Source of the DNA: Parcubacteria group bacterium
Lineage (GTDB): Bacteria > Patescibacteriota > Minisyncoccia > Phycocordibacterales > DATDWN01
Direction of reading: 5' to 3'
Assembly: GCA_038327915.1 (NCBI GenBank)
Contig: JBBQLO010000001.1
Location: forward strand, 20,407 to 84,406
DNA: 64,000 nt
The position numbers and the translations under genes were made by a program. This document shows, in pieces, positions 19,401-29,566 of this stretch (positions are counted from its first letter, which is position 1; every line of letters starts with the position of its first letter). The notes below the pieces were generated by a model. It was not told the DNA's origin and ran no database searches. It worked only from the letters and a program-made list of their open reading frames with translations.

Positions 19401-19669
19401 CTACATCCAGTGTGATGAAGTACAAATGGATGACAGATGCAATAAATCATTTTAGACTTTTTACCCTCCACGCCGTTGCTTCAGGCACTGAAATGGAATC
19501 GCACTATCGGCCAAAAAAAGATGTGACAGTTATCATGACTAAACCCAGTGATTTTGATGACGGTACTACTGATGACGATGTTGATTTACGACCGATAAAG
19601 ACAAAAATAAATGGTATGGTTGTGCCGGGACTAAAAACAAATAAAGGAAATATTATGATTAATTATTAA
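16475..19669 (+). CDS. large secreted alpha/beta-hydrolase (PGAP1/LCAT-like lipase motif) with Ig-like/beta-sandwich domains
   Basis: Signal anchor. 'VTIVAHSNGGLVAKALL' is a GHSxGG-type nucleophile elbow. The later block 'TTPPVTT...GKNGWYTSDVSVQLGATDTESGVATTWYSINGKTW...YYSTDIAGNSEA...IDKTTPEA' matches a common bacterial Ig-like surface module. Confidence 0.6.
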   Translation: MTKKIHVRLRCPPLLFSLVIIFVCSIFFSLPFGIFSKVAYATFFPPFPPPPPGNLDLSIDSQGNIPSVSISCTVGHDYTLALVHEEDGVVSYSPGVKQRIYCLTGVITFDGFNLNEQLKLYVDIHYPVYYYIRSPLEYVIKDTTGLGSGIGCNQNSCPLINETGDFNSYNYSSYLPSSSYWPTVAAGPTFVTYNYVTWFNRTNGNGVANVYPPSGNSSVLFLPGIEASRLYVAAQPSAGIPERRLWEPSNDQDVEHLYLDSNGKQPVSAFPVFNNIYTRDVINSAYGTIGIYGSFLSQLEKMKSTDHSIADYAAVPYDWRLSLDDILNGGVKSGEGSNVQISFISTTFDPYIISELRRLVLGSKSGNVTIVAHSNGGLVAKALLKRLSDTHDPLLEKIDKLILVAVPQLGTPEAIAATLHGKEQGIPPAFPVILNENTARGFAQNSPMAYNLLPDNNYITYVDTPVVTFDSTLPDWSAKYGSTIHSTGGLHTFLTDTYGRVEATSVDVSKPDTLNASLLTASEDMHASLDAWPIPESIDVTEIAGWGVPSTMSGIVYTKKKQCAEVVCANLLAPTVEPNPTWTIDGDGTVVTASALWANGSTTMKRYWVDMKGYNNDHKLQTLGGLNNFDHKNILQIYELNNFISDIVLGSPHPLTSYTYLSIEAPASRENRLMYSLHSPLTLNLYDTKGRHTGISTTTGRIEEQIPDTYYTQFGDVKYIFSDDATTSEVVMNGYATGTFTFNINQLQGDTLIASTTFKDIPTSTTTQVTLNIGGSVSTLSPMSIDKNGDGIIDTVLAPKLNGVVTLDTTPPVTTATTTGTRGKNGWYTSDVSVQLGATDTESGVATTWYSINGKTWLAYSTSSPIIVNIEGTTTVSYYSTDIAGNSEATNTRVIKIDKTTPEALITFDPVSQQLTVLGTDAISSTTVFTTATSSLITDTAGHTLQIFFTQLQKKVKSHIINLVVTKLSYDGVATTTSSVMKYKWMTDAINHFRLFTLHAVASGTEMESHYRPKKDVTVIMTKPSDFDDGTTDDDVDLRPIKTKINGMVVPGLKTNKGNIMINY

Positions 19670-19682
19670 TTAATATAAATAA

Positions 19683-20105
19683 ATGAGTAAAAAAATAGTT
19701 TTAGGTATTGGATCTATCTGTATATTTTATTGGGTTATTTTATTTTTACTAAATTCATCATTGTTCTCTGCGGGTAGACAGTGCTACATGAATTATGTGG
19801 GAATGTGTGGAAATATTTCCGACTTGATTAGCCATACAGCTTCATTTGTGAGACCTTTTTTTATAATCTTTATCCTCTCTCTTATCACATATAGAATGCG
19901 AGAAGAAATTTTTCAAGCGTGGATTAAGTTTGCTTATGTATGGGTACCGCTTACTTTATTTCTAGTTTTTATTGTTCCAGAATATGATTCTTCTCTTCTT
20001 CCTATTGTAACTAAAGGTCCTATTTCATTTTTCTTTTCTTTTCTTTTTCTCATTATTTCTCTCATCATCATTATTTCTAAATCACATTCTTTAAAAAAAC
20101 ATTAA
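19683..20105 (+). CDS. small polytopic membrane protein, hypothetical
   Basis: 140 aa with 3-4 hydrophobic helices. Confidence 0.4.
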   Translation: MSKKIVLGIGSICIFYWVILFLLNSSLFSAGRQCYMNYVGMCGNISDLISHTASFVRPFFIIFILSLITYRMREEIFQAWIKFAYVWVPLTLFLVFIVPEYDSSLLPIVTKGPISFFFSFLFLIISLIIIISKSHSLKKH

Positions 20106-20177
20106 TTTTTGCGTGTGCGAATTCCAAAAATAAGTAGCTTGTAAACTGAAAAATTAAATTTCTGTTACACTAATCAG

Positions 20178-20603
20178 ATGTCTTTTTTTACATTTGATAT
20201 TATTCGTATTGCCCGCCGTCGTATTCGTCGACGTTCTTCTTCACGACACTCAGTTTCAAAAACATCTGTTGCTCATTACGCACTGTACAAAGAAGCTGCT
20301 CGAATTTTAGTCCATAAAAAAATATTGAAGTTTAATAGCATGTATCATTTTAAAGTGGGTAGGGTAGCTATCCGAAACACGCGGTCGCGATGGGGTAGTT
20401 GTTCCTCGAAAGGTAACCTCAATTTCAACTATAAAATAGCACTTTTGCCAGAGCAAATGGCTGACTACATTGTTATCCATGAATTGTGTCATTTGGGCGA
20501 GTTTAATCATTCAGAGAATTTTTGGAATCTTGTTTTGCATGCTATGCCAGAATACAAAGTAGTGCGGGATGAGTTGAAAAAGAAAGGTATGAGTTTTTTT
20601 TAA
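20178..20603 (+). CDS. YgjP-like (DUF45/M48-family) metal-dependent hydrolase, short form
   Basis: 'RSRWGSCSSKG', 'YIVIHELCHLGEFNHSENFW' (HExxH...H) and 'AMPEYK' match the YgjP/WLM-like consensus. Confidence 0.65.
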   Translation: MSFFTFDIIRIARRRIRRRSSSRHSVSKTSVAHYALYKEAARILVHKKILKFNSMYHFKVGRVAIRNTRSRWGSCSSKGNLNFNYKIALLPEQMADYIVIHELCHLGEFNHSENFWNLVLHAMPEYKVVRDELKKKGMSFF

Positions 20604-20707
20604 ACATTCTGTTTTTGTATATATTTTGCCTATGTTTTAATATGCAAGGATCTTCTATATTTTTTGACAGGATACTAATATATGCCAGCCTGGAGTAGGA
20701 GGCTGTC

Positions 20708-21205
20708 ATGCAAATTGTTCAAAAGTATTTCGCAGGTCCTTCGGATTATAAAGATGGTCTTGTATCAGCGATAAAACGTGCACACAATTCCATATCCCCA
20801 TTTTGGAGTGATAGGGGTCCCCTCTGTCGAGTAATTTTAACAAGTGATCCAATTGAATCATTTCTTAAGAGGGTCACTGTTTCTTCTCCATGGGATAGTA
20901 TCATTATGTCTCTCCCCCAAACGGGTGTTTTAGAAAAGAATGTGCAAGAATATTTTTTCGCTTGTTTTGCAACGTTTCTCATGGTTCAAAATCCTGCATT
21001 AGAAAGAGTTATTGATGAAGAAGGGGTGGATCTTGTGCTCGCGTGGGTTGTTGAAGGGGGATTAAGAAAAACAACTATTCTAGTCCCTAATTCTGAAGTT
21101 TTTGTTGCGAGTTTTGGTCGCTACACAATCAACAAAAAAACTCTACCGAAACCCATTTTAGATTTTATGGAGTGTGTCACCATACGAGTCATGCTCGGAG
21201 AATAA
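20708..21205 (+). CDS. hypothetical protein
   Basis: 165 aa ORF with no recognisable motif. A terminator follows. Confidence 0.35.
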   Translation: MQIVQKYFAGPSDYKDGLVSAIKRAHNSISPFWSDRGPLCRVILTSDPIESFLKRVTVSSPWDSIIMSLPQTGVLEKNVQEYFFACFATFLMVQNPALERVIDEEGVDLVLAWVVEGGLRKTTILVPNSEVFVASFGRYTINKKTLPKPILDFMECVTIRVMLGE

Positions 21206-21229
21206 ATTTGAAATGAGGAAGGGCAGAGA

Positions 21230-21270
21230 GCCGGCACAGAGTGTGTCTGTACAGTGTCCGGCTTTTTTTA
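21230..21270 (+). terminator. rho-independent terminator candidate
   Basis: GC-rich imperfect hairpin gccggcacagagtgtg/tctgtacagtgtccggc followed by T8. Confidence 0.5.
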
Positions 21271-21444
21271 TTTTATCTGTTATACTATGTGTATTACAAA
21301 ATAACAAAAAAATGTATGTCAAAAGGAGACGGGCACCGAAAAGAAAAAAAGAAACCAAAGAAAAAGAAATAGTGAGTAACACTATGTGTAATCTACAAGT
21401 GACGGGGATTAGCAAATGATAAGCAATTTAAATATAAAAGTAAC

Positions 21445-21729
21445 ATGAAATCCTTTACAAAAAAGGTGAGAGAGGCTGTTGCTAAAATTCCGGCGGGCAA
21501 AGTGTTAAGTTACGGTGAGGTGGCTCGACTGGCAGGCAGTCCACAAGCAGCTCGAGCTGTCGGAGCTGTTATGCGCAATAATTTTGATCCTGCTATTCCA
21601 TGCCACCGAGTAGTCCTTTCTTCTGGTGTGGTGGGAGAGTATAACCGTAATGGTTCAAATAAAAAAATGGAAATTTTAAAAAAAGAAGGTGTGAAGTTTA
21701 TGCGAGATAATAGAGTGCAGATGAAATGA
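21445..21729 (+). CDS. MGMT-family protein (methylated-DNA-protein-cysteine methyltransferase DNA-binding domain only)
   Basis: 'VLSYGEVARLAG...PCHRVV' places the active-site Cys in a PCHR motif. 94 aa with no N-terminal domain. Confidence 0.75.
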   Translation: MKSFTKKVREAVAKIPAGKVLSYGEVARLAGSPQAARAVGAVMRNNFDPAIPCHRVVLSSGVVGEYNRNGSNKKMEILKKEGVKFMRDNRVQMK

Positions 21730-22193
21730 AATACTGGCTTTTCAAAAGTGATGCGGAGTGTTATTCAATGGAGGATTTTGTGTTAGAAAGTAAACAGACA
21801 AAAAGCAAAGTACCATGGGTGGGTGTGCGCAACTATCAAGCTCGTAATTTTATGAGAGAGATGGGTATCGGAGACGGCATTCTTTTTTATCAATCGGGAA
21901 AAATACCGGCGGTGATCGGTGTGGCCACTGTTTCGGGAAAAGTTCATGCAGACATGTCAGCACAAGACCCGAAAGACGAGCATTTTGACCCGAAAGCGTC
22001 ACTAGAAAATCCTATCTGGCAATGTGTTGATATTTCATTTGCTAGAAAATTTAAAAACCAAGTAACTTTGGCAGACATTAAATTTCGCGCAGACCTCTGT
22101 GAAATGCTCGTAGCCCAACGCGGAGGTCGACTTTCCATTCAGCCCGTATCAAAAAAGCATTTTAAACGAGTGGTGGAAGTTGGGGGAAAATAA
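21726..22193 (+). CDS. EVE (PUA-like) domain protein
   Basis: 'KYWLFKSD...WVGVRNYQARNFMREMGIGDGILFYQSGK...VIGVATV' matches the EVE domain. Its start overlaps the MGMT stop (ATGA). Confidence 0.7.
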   Translation: MKYWLFKSDAECYSMEDFVLESKQTKSKVPWVGVRNYQARNFMREMGIGDGILFYQSGKIPAVIGVATVSGKVHADMSAQDPKDEHFDPKASLENPIWQCVDISFARKFKNQVTLADIKFRADLCEMLVAQRGGRLSIQPVSKKHFKRVVEVGGK

Positions 22194-22223
22194 TGTGGAT
22201 AACTTCCTTGCAATATTTGCATT

Positions 22224-22252
22224 TGACAAGTGATAGGCTCTTCATATATACT
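22224..22252 (+). promoter_or_regulatory. sigma-70-like promoter candidate (TTGACA-17-TATACT) upstream of rpoB
   Basis: Motifs seen at 22224-22229 and 22247-22252, about 180 nt upstream of the rpoB ATG. Confidence 0.3.
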
Positions 22253-22430
22253 ACATCTTAATTCACACGATTGAGTCCTGGCCTGGGGAAATGGAAAATA
22301 AGAAGGGGAAATAGGGGAATGTTTTAATATATAAGTTAAAAGAAAAATAAGTCTTTGAAGGAAGGGCTTATCTTCGTTTTTGCGTTTTTTATTAACAAAG
22401 GAAATTCCAAAATCCTAACTATATTTTTCT

Positions 22431-25400
22431 ATGCAACACACACACGAAGAAAAAGTAACTAACAAGTCAACAGCTCGTCCTCAGAAATTTTTCGGACGAT
22501 GGAAAGCCCCACTTATAACTACACCAAATTTTGTTGAGCCTCAGCTCAATTCTTTTGCATGGCTTATAGAAAAAGGGTTAAAAGAAGTATTTGAAGAGTT
22601 TTCGTCAATCAAAGATTATTCAGAGAAAAAATTTACACTCGATTTTACGGGTTTTGAACTTTCGCATGCTAAATACGATGAGTATCATGCAAAGGACAAT
22701 AAACTCTCATATGAAGCGCCACTTAAAGTCAAGGTAAGATTAAAAAATCACATTCTCGGCACAGAAAAGGAACAAGAGATTTTTATGGCAGATTTTCCAC
22801 TTATGACTTCTCATGGAACTTTTATCATTTCTGGAGTTGAGCGTGTTATTGTCCCTCAGCTTGCGCGCTCATATGGAGTTTTTTTCACCGATCAGGAAGT
22901 AAAGGGGCGTAAGATTTTTGGTGCAAAAATAATTCCATCTCGCGGAGCATGGGTTGAGATTGAATCAGACGCCGACGGCATGCTTTTTGTTCGTATAGAT
23001 CGCAAACGTAAATTTCCTGCTACAACTCTCCTTCGTGTTCTTGGTGCTCGAGATGATCAAGCCATTAAAAAGCTTTTTGCAGACGATGAATTTGCCACAG
23101 CTTCTATAGCTAAAACATTGGTCAAAGATCATGACAAATCTATTGAAGATGCATATATCGAAATCCACAAAAGACTTCGAGACGGTGATTTGGCCACAGC
23201 AGAAAACGCAAAGGAATTTGTTAATTCGATTTTTGAGGCAGAACGTTATGACCTTTCTCCTGTTGGAAGATTTAGTTTCAACAAGAGATTTGGGCTTAAA
23301 ATGGATGAAAAAGAACTTAAACGTAAAACACTGACTATTGAAGATGTTGTCATCATTATGAAGCATATCGCTTTGCTTAATAATACACCTCTCGCTGTCG
23401 CAGACGACATTGACCACCTTGGCAAGCGCCGTGTGCGTTTTGTAGGTGAACTTTTTCAGCAAAATATTCGTAAAGGTATGGCTCAGATAAAGCGTAATAT
23501 TCAAAACCGTATGTCGACTATCGACACGGATGTTACTCTCCCCGTACAGTTTATTTCTCCAAAACCACTTCAGGCTCGCATCAAAGAGTTTTTTACAACG
23601 AACCAACTTTCGCAGTTTATGTTGCAAGAAAACCCTCTTGCCGAAATCGAACACATGCGAACACTTTCTGCACTCGGCGCCGGTGGACTTAATCGTGCCC
23701 GAGCAGGATTTGAAGTTCGAGATGTTCACACATCACACTACGGAAGAATTTGCCCGATTCATACTCCGGAAGGTCCAAACATTGGTCTCGTTTTGCGTTT
23801 AGCTGTTTACGCTCGTCTCAATAATTTTGGAATGATCGAGACCCCATATGCAAAAGTAAAAAATGGCAAAATCACAGATGAAATATCTTATCTTAATGCC
23901 TCAGAGGAAGAAAGTTTTGCTATTGCTCACGCGGCGACTCCGTATGATGCTGAAGGTAAAATCACAATAGATGAAGTCGAAGTTCGTATTGAGGGTAACC
24001 CCTCAACAGTTTCTCGAGAGAAGGTTGACTATATTGATGTTGCTACAAATCAAGCATTTTCTATTGCAACCTCAATGATTCCCTTTCTTAATCACGACGA
24101 AGCAGCTCGAGCTCTCATGGCATCCAACATGCAAAAGCAGGCAACCCCATGCATTATTCCAGAAGCACCACTTGTGGCGACTGGAATGGAGAGTGACGCT
24201 CTGAAAGACACAGGACGACTTCTCATTGCTACTGAAGAGGGAGTTATCACCCATGCTGATGGCGGTAAAATTACTGTCAAAAACACAAAAGGCAAAGAAA
24301 CTACACATAAACTGGTGTCTTTTTCTCGAACTAATGGTTTTACGGCATTTCATCAACGACCGTCAGTTTCTGTTGGAGAAAAAGTCACAAAAGGACACGT
24401 CTTGGCTGATACTTCTGCGTCAGAAAATGGTCAGACTGCTATCGGTCAAAACATGCTCGTAGCTTTCATGTCGTGGAGTGGTAGCAACTACGAGGATGCA
24501 ATTATACTTTCTGAGCGCGTAGTAAAAGATAGTAAATTTACTTCAATTCATATCGAAGAATTTGTGGTCAATGTTCGTGATACGAAGCTTGGGCCAGAAG
24601 TTACAACGTGTGACATTCCAAATGTCGGTGAAGCAAAGTTAAAAAACTTGGCTGAGGACGGTATTATTCGTGTTGGTGCAGAAGTTCGCTCTGGAGATAT
24701 TTTAGTTGGAAAAGTAACACCAAAAGGCGAGACACAACTTACCCCCGAAGAGCGTTTGCTCAGATCACTCTTTGGTGAAAAAGCAAAAGATGTTAAAGAT
24801 ACATCAAAGAGAATGGAGGGTGGCAAACGAGGGCGTATTATTAAAGTACAAGTTTTTTCTCGAGAAAAGGGTGATAAATTAGAATCTGGAATTATCAAAC
24901 GAATTCATATTGAAGTAGCACAACTCCGTAATGTGTCTGTTGGAGATAAGCTGGCAGGACGACACGGAAACAAAGGTGTTATTTCAAAAATTTTACCTGA
25001 GGAAGATATGCCGTATATGGCAGACGGAACTCCTATCGATGTTATTTTGACACCACTTGGAGTGCCATCTCGTATGAACTTGGGACAGATTCTCGAACTC
25101 CATCTCGGACTTGCTGCACACACACTCGGCTATCAAGCAATCGTACCTCCATTTGCAGGAGCAACGGGAGACGAGATCAAGACAGAATTGAAAAAAGCAG
25201 GATTTTCTGAGACAGGAAAAATGAAACTGTTTGACGGGCGAACGGGTGATGCCTTCGATCAGGATATTGCTGTGGGATACATGTATATTTTGAAATTACA
25301 TCACATGGTAGAAGACAAAATTCACATGCGTTCCATTGGACCTTACTCTCTCATCACTCAGCAACCACTTGGAGGAAAGGCTCAAAACGGAGGTCAGCGA

Positions 25401-25694
25401 TTTGGAGAAATGGAAGTCTGGGCACTTCTCGGTCATGGTGCAGCCCATACATTGCAGGAAATTCTTACTATTAAGTCAGACGATATTACGGGACGATCTG
25501 CTGCCTTCGACGCTATTGTTAAGGGATTGCCAATTACAGAACTCAATACCCCTGCTTCATTCAATGTACTTCTTAATAACCTGAGAGGTTTGGCTCTTGA
25601 TGTTCAGATTAAAAATACAGGTGGAAACCTAAACTCTGGCCAGAACACTAGTCAAAATACAAACGAACAATCGAATAATTATCAGGCACATTAA
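22431..25694 (+). CDS. rpoB: DNA-directed RNA polymerase subunit beta
   Basis: 1087 aa. Conserved blocks include 'SHYGRICPIHTPEGPNIGL', 'NMQKQA', 'RHGNKGV', 'GGQRFGEMEVWAL'. Confidence 0.95.
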   Translation: MQHTHEEKVTNKSTARPQKFFGRWKAPLITTPNFVEPQLNSFAWLIEKGLKEVFEEFSSIKDYSEKKFTLDFTGFELSHAKYDEYHAKDNKLSYEAPLKVKVRLKNHILGTEKEQEIFMADFPLMTSHGTFIISGVERVIVPQLARSYGVFFTDQEVKGRKIFGAKIIPSRGAWVEIESDADGMLFVRIDRKRKFPATTLLRVLGARDDQAIKKLFADDEFATASIAKTLVKDHDKSIEDAYIEIHKRLRDGDLATAENAKEFVNSIFEAERYDLSPVGRFSFNKRFGLKMDEKELKRKTLTIEDVVIIMKHIALLNNTPLAVADDIDHLGKRRVRFVGELFQQNIRKGMAQIKRNIQNRMSTIDTDVTLPVQFISPKPLQARIKEFFTTNQLSQFMLQENPLAEIEHMRTLSALGAGGLNRARAGFEVRDVHTSHYGRICPIHTPEGPNIGLVLRLAVYARLNNFGMIETPYAKVKNGKITDEISYLNASEEESFAIAHAATPYDAEGKITIDEVEVRIEGNPSTVSREKVDYIDVATNQAFSIATSMIPFLNHDEAARALMASNMQKQATPCIIPEAPLVATGMESDALKDTGRLLIATEEGVITHADGGKITVKNTKGKETTHKLVSFSRTNGFTAFHQRPSVSVGEKVTKGHVLADTSASENGQTAIGQNMLVAFMSWSGSNYEDAIILSERVVKDSKFTSIHIEEFVVNVRDTKLGPEVTTCDIPNVGEAKLKNLAEDGIIRVGAEVRSGDILVGKVTPKGETQLTPEERLLRSLFGEKAKDVKDTSKRMEGGKRGRIIKVQVFSREKGDKLESGIIKRIHIEVAQLRNVSVGDKLAGRHGNKGVISKILPEEDMPYMADGTPIDVILTPLGVPSRMNLGQILELHLGLAAHTLGYQAIVPPFAGATGDEIKTELKKAGFSETGKMKLFDGRTGDAFDQDIAVGYMYILKLHHMVEDKIHMRSIGPYSLITQQPLGGKAQNGGQRFGEMEVWALLGHGAAHTLQEILTIKSDDITGRSAAFDAIVKGLPITELNTPASFNVLLNNLRGLALDVQIKNTGGNLNSGQNTSQNTNEQSNNYQAH

Positions 25695-25718
25695 TTATAA
25701 TCTAATTGTCATACTCTT

Positions 25719-28700
25719 ATGCAAAACTATAAAACAAAGACACAAAATTCCAATGATTTTGAGACAATTACATTAAAACTTGCCTCGCCTGAACGTATTC
25801 GGGAATGGTCATTTGGCGAGGTTACAAAGCCAGAAACTATTAATTATCGAACTCAACGCTCAGAGAAAAGTGGTTTGTTTGATGAAAAGATTTTTGGGCC
25901 AGACAAGGATTACGAATGTTATTGTGGAAAATACCGTGGTATTCGCTATAAGGGAATAGTGTGTGAAAAGTGTGGTGTGGAAATTACACGTTCTATCGTG
26001 CGTCGTGAGCGGATGGGTCACATAGAGCTCGCGTCACCCGTTTCCCATATCTGGTTTTTGAAATCGATGCCATCTCGCATTTCACAAGTGCTTGGTATAC
26101 CCACAGCGGACCTCGAAAAGGTAATTTATTTTGCTGGATATATTGTGACCAATGTTTCAGAGGAAGACCGCACACGATATTTGAAGGATCTCGATTCAGA
26201 ATATAAAGCAAAAATAAAATCGTTGCAGGATGAAAAAACAAAAGAAGCCGTCAAAGAAATGCTTCTCAATGCAAAACGTGAAATTGAGTCTATTCAGGAG
26301 GGAACGGTTTTGGATGAGGTATCGTATCATAACTTTGGAATGAAGTATGGGTCTATGTTTGAAGCGGGTATTGGTGCAGAGGCAATTTATACAATTTTTA
26401 AAAAGATTGACCTTGCAAAACTACTTACTCATCTCGGAGCAGAACTTGAAAAAGCAAGTTCACTTGAGTCTGTTCGTATTGCAAAGCGTATTGCCACAAT
26501 CCAAGCCATGATTCACGCGGGGGTCCGTCCAGAATGGATGTTCCTTACTTCTATTCCTGTTATTCCGCCTGCTCTCCGTCCGATGGTTCCGCTTGATGGG
26601 GGACGATATGCAACGTCTGATGTAAACGATTTATATCGACGCGTGATTAACCGCAACAATCGTTTGAAGAAACTAAAAGACATTCACGCTCCCGATGTTA
26701 TTTTACGTAATGAAAAAAGAATTTTACAAGAAGCTGTTGACGCACTTATCGATAACTCTATCCGTCACGGGGGAGCAGGTAACGCAATCAATCCTTCACA
26801 AAGGAGACCACTTAAGTCACTTGCCGACAACCTTAAAGGAAAACGTGGAATTTTCCGTCAGAATCTGCTTGGTAAGCGTGTCGACTATTCAGGTCGCTCA
26901 GTTATTGTCGTTGGTCCTGATTTAAAATTGTCCCAATGTGGTTTACCAAAGCATATGGCACTTGAGCTTTTTAAACCATTTGTTATTTCTCAGTTATTAC
27001 AGAAGGAACTTTCTTATAACATTAGAGGAGCAAGTAAATTGATTGAAGACGGTATTCCAGAAGTATGGGCAATTCTCGAAGATGTTATTAAAGACCGATA
27101 TGTGTTACTTAACCGCGCTCCAACATTACACCGCCTTGGTATTCAGGCTTTTCAACCAATTCTTATCGAAGGTAATGCAATTCAGTTACACCCACTCGTG
27201 TGTTCGGCGTTTAACGCTGACTTCGATGGTGACCAAATGGCTGTGCATGTGCCACTTTCCGACGAAGCTCAAATGGAAGCACGAGAGATTATGGCTTCTG
27301 ATAAGAATATCTTGAAACCAGGTAGTGGTGATCCGACTGTATCTGCAAAGATGCTCGACATCGTCCTTGGGTGTTACTGGATGACTAAAATTGTTGAGGG
27401 TGCCAAAGGCGAGAATAAAATATTTTCTTCTCCGAATGCCGCTATCACAGCCCACGATTTTGGAGCTATTTCATTTCGTTCAAAAATAAAAGTTTTGCCG
27501 ACTGAATCTTCCAAATACGCACAGTTTGACGGAAGTATGTTTGAGACGACGGTTGGCAGATTGCTTTTCAACTCGGTTTTGCCAAATGACTATCCATTTA
27601 TGAATACCGAGATAGATTTGAAAAAAATTGCTTCTCTCATTGATGAGCTTATTGAGCGGTATGGTATTGAACAAGTTCCGCCTATTATTGATAAGATAAA
27701 AGCTTTTGGATTCAAGTATGCTACATATTCAGGAACTACATGGGGCATCGATGATATTATGATTCCAGAAGGTAAAAAAGAAATTATCACTCGAGCAAAA
27801 GCGGAAGCCGCACAGAACATTGAACACTTCAATGGAGGACTCATCTCAAAAGAAGAGCGTCTCCGACAGAATATTGAAATTTGGCACGGAGCAAAAGCAG
27901 AAGTAGAAAAGTTAATGCCTGCAACATTACCAAAAAATGGTTCTGTTTCCGATATGGTACTTTCTAAAGCCCGAGGATCAATGGGAAATATTACCACCAT
28001 GGCTGGTATGAAAGGACTTATTACCAACACTGCTGGAGAGACAATTGAATTTCCTATTCTCTCATGCTCTAAAGAAGGATTGACTCCGCTTGAGTATTTT
28101 ATTACTACTCACGGTGCCCGAAAAGGTTTGACAGACACTGCTCTTAACACTGCTAAGGCGGGTTATTTGACACGTAAACTGTTCGTCGTAGCTCAAGATA
28201 CTATTATTACTGAAGAAGATTGTGGAACAAAAGAGGGAATTTTCATTGATAAAAAAACCGCGGACGGCATGGAGATTTCTGTAGCAAAACATATTAAAGG
28301 GAGATTCCTTGCAGCAGACGTCGTGTCTGCTGACGGGGCGATATTGTTTAAAAAAGATGCATTACTCAGTAAAAAGGATGCGCTAGTTATAGAAAATGCT
28401 GGAGTGACAAGAGTCTCTGTCCGATCACCTCTTGCTTGTCGAACTTTGAACGGCATTTGTATTAAATGTTATGGAGTGGACTTGGGTAAAAATAAAATTA
28501 TTGAACTCGGTGAGGCGGTAGGTACTGTCGCCGGACAAGCTATTGGCGAGCCAGGAACGCAGCTCACTATGCGTACTTTCCATGCCGGAGGTACAGCATC
28601 GCAAACTGGAGATATTACAGCGGGACTTCCTCGTGTTGAAGAACTCTTTGAGAAACGAAAACCAAAAAACCCTGCTGTTGTTTCTTCTGTTTCTGGAACT

Positions 28701-29381
28701 ATTACTGATATTAAAATTACAGACAAAGAAAAAATGATATTTGTTACTCCCGTCATTGAAGACCGAAGTAAAAATAAGACAACACTCGAATACACTGTTT
28801 CGTTTAATCGCGTTATTCTCGTTAAGGTAGGAGATGAAATCAAAAAAGGCGATATCATCACAGATGGTTCTGCCGACATTGACGAACTATTTGAGTATGC
28901 GGGGAAAGATAAAACCATTGATTACATTATTCGTGAAATCAACAAGCCATACGAATTGCAAGGAGAAACAGTGTCGAGAAAGCACATTGAAACAATCGTT
29001 CGACAAATGTTTGCTCGAAAGAAAGTCAAAGATGCCGGAGATACTATTTTTTCACCTGGAGACATTGTGGAGACAGCATTTCTCGCAGAAGAAAACAGTC
29101 GAGTCAAAGCTCTCGGTAAAGATGAAGCTAAAACCGAAGGAGTGGTTATGGGTATTACAGACGTGTCCCTTTCTCGCAAGAGTTTCCTAGCCGCTGCTTC
29201 TTTCCAGCACACTACTCGAATGCTCATCTCTTCTTCTATTCGTGGTAACGATGACGAACTTTCGGGACTTATGGAAAATGTTATTCTTGGGCGACTTATC
29301 CCGGCTGGTACTGGATTCAAAGGGAGTAAGAAAGCTGAAATGATTGCTGGTATGAAAGCAAAACGCGACTACTCGGCATAG
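25719..29381 (+). CDS. rpoC: DNA-directed RNA polymerase subunit beta'
   Basis: 1220 aa. Zn finger 'CYCGKYRG...CEKCGV', catalytic '[14 protein letters not shown]', 'RFGEME'-equivalent blocks. Confidence 0.95.
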   Translation: MQNYKTKTQNSNDFETITLKLASPERIREWSFGEVTKPETINYRTQRSEKSGLFDEKIFGPDKDYECYCGKYRGIRYKGIVCEKCGVEITRSIVRRERMGHIELASPVSHIWFLKSMPSRISQVLGIPTADLEKVIYFAGYIVTNVSEEDRTRYLKDLDSEYKAKIKSLQDEKTKEAVKEMLLNAKREIESIQEGTVLDEVSYHNFGMKYGSMFEAGIGAEAIYTIFKKIDLAKLLTHLGAELEKASSLESVRIAKRIATIQAMIHAGVRPEWMFLTSIPVIPPALRPMVPLDGGRYATSDVNDLYRRVINRNNRLKKLKDIHAPDVILRNEKRILQEAVDALIDNSIRHGGAGNAINPSQRRPLKSLADNLKGKRGIFRQNLLGKRVDYSGRSVIVVGPDLKLSQCGLPKHMALELFKPFVISQLLQKELSYNIRGASKLIEDGIPEVWAILEDVIKDRYVLLNRAPTLHRLGIQAFQPILIEGNAIQLHPLVCSAFNADFDGDQMAVHVPLSDEAQMEAREIMASDKNILKPGSGDPTVSAKMLDIVLGCYWMTKIVEGAKGENKIFSSPNAAITAHDFGAISFRSKIKVLPTESSKYAQFDGSMFETTVGRLLFNSVLPNDYPFMNTEIDLKKIASLIDELIERYGIEQVPPIIDKIKAFGFKYATYSGTTWGIDDIMIPEGKKEIITRAKAEAAQNIEHFNGGLISKEERLRQNIEIWHGAKAEVEKLMPATLPKNGSVSDMVLSKARGSMGNITTMAGMKGLITNTAGETIEFPILSCSKEGLTPLEYFITTHGARKGLTDTALNTAKAGYLTRKLFVVAQDTIITEEDCGTKEGIFIDKKTADGMEISVAKHIKGRFLAADVVSADGAILFKKDALLSKKDALVIENAGVTRVSVRSPLACRTLNGICIKCYGVDLGKNKIIELGEAVGTVAGQAIGEPGTQLTMRTFHAGGTASQTGDITAGLPRVEELFEKRKPKNPAVVSSVSGTITDIKITDKEKMIFVTPVIEDRSKNKTTLEYTVSFNRVILVKVGDEIKKGDIITDGSADIDELFEYAGKDKTIDYIIREINKPYELQGETVSRKHIETIVRQMFARKKVKDAGDTIFSPGDIVETAFLAEENSRVKALGKDEAKTEGVVMGITDVSLSRKSFLAAASFQHTTRMLISSSIRGNDDELSGLMENVILGRLIPAGTGFKGSKKAEMIAGMKAKRDYSA

Positions 29382-29566
29382 TAACTTTAATTTTGAACCA
29401 CGAAACTCCTTTCGTCACATGCTTTTTGAAACCAGAATAATTTCTTGCTAGAAATTTTCTTCACGCTGGACAATCAAGAAAACAATGTCCTCCTCGTGTG
29501 CATGAGTGTTCCCTCACACTCGTCGTCCTTGTTTTCTAATCGTCTGCGCGATGTTTCAAAAAACAT

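Noticed and set aside
22965-23729. Long antisense ORFs inside rpoB/rpoC (e.g. 22965..23729 -, 28469..28918 -, 27590..28030 -)
   Set aside because: They are fully embedded antisense to highly conserved RNA polymerase coding sequence, have low-complexity composition and no motif. They are spurious.
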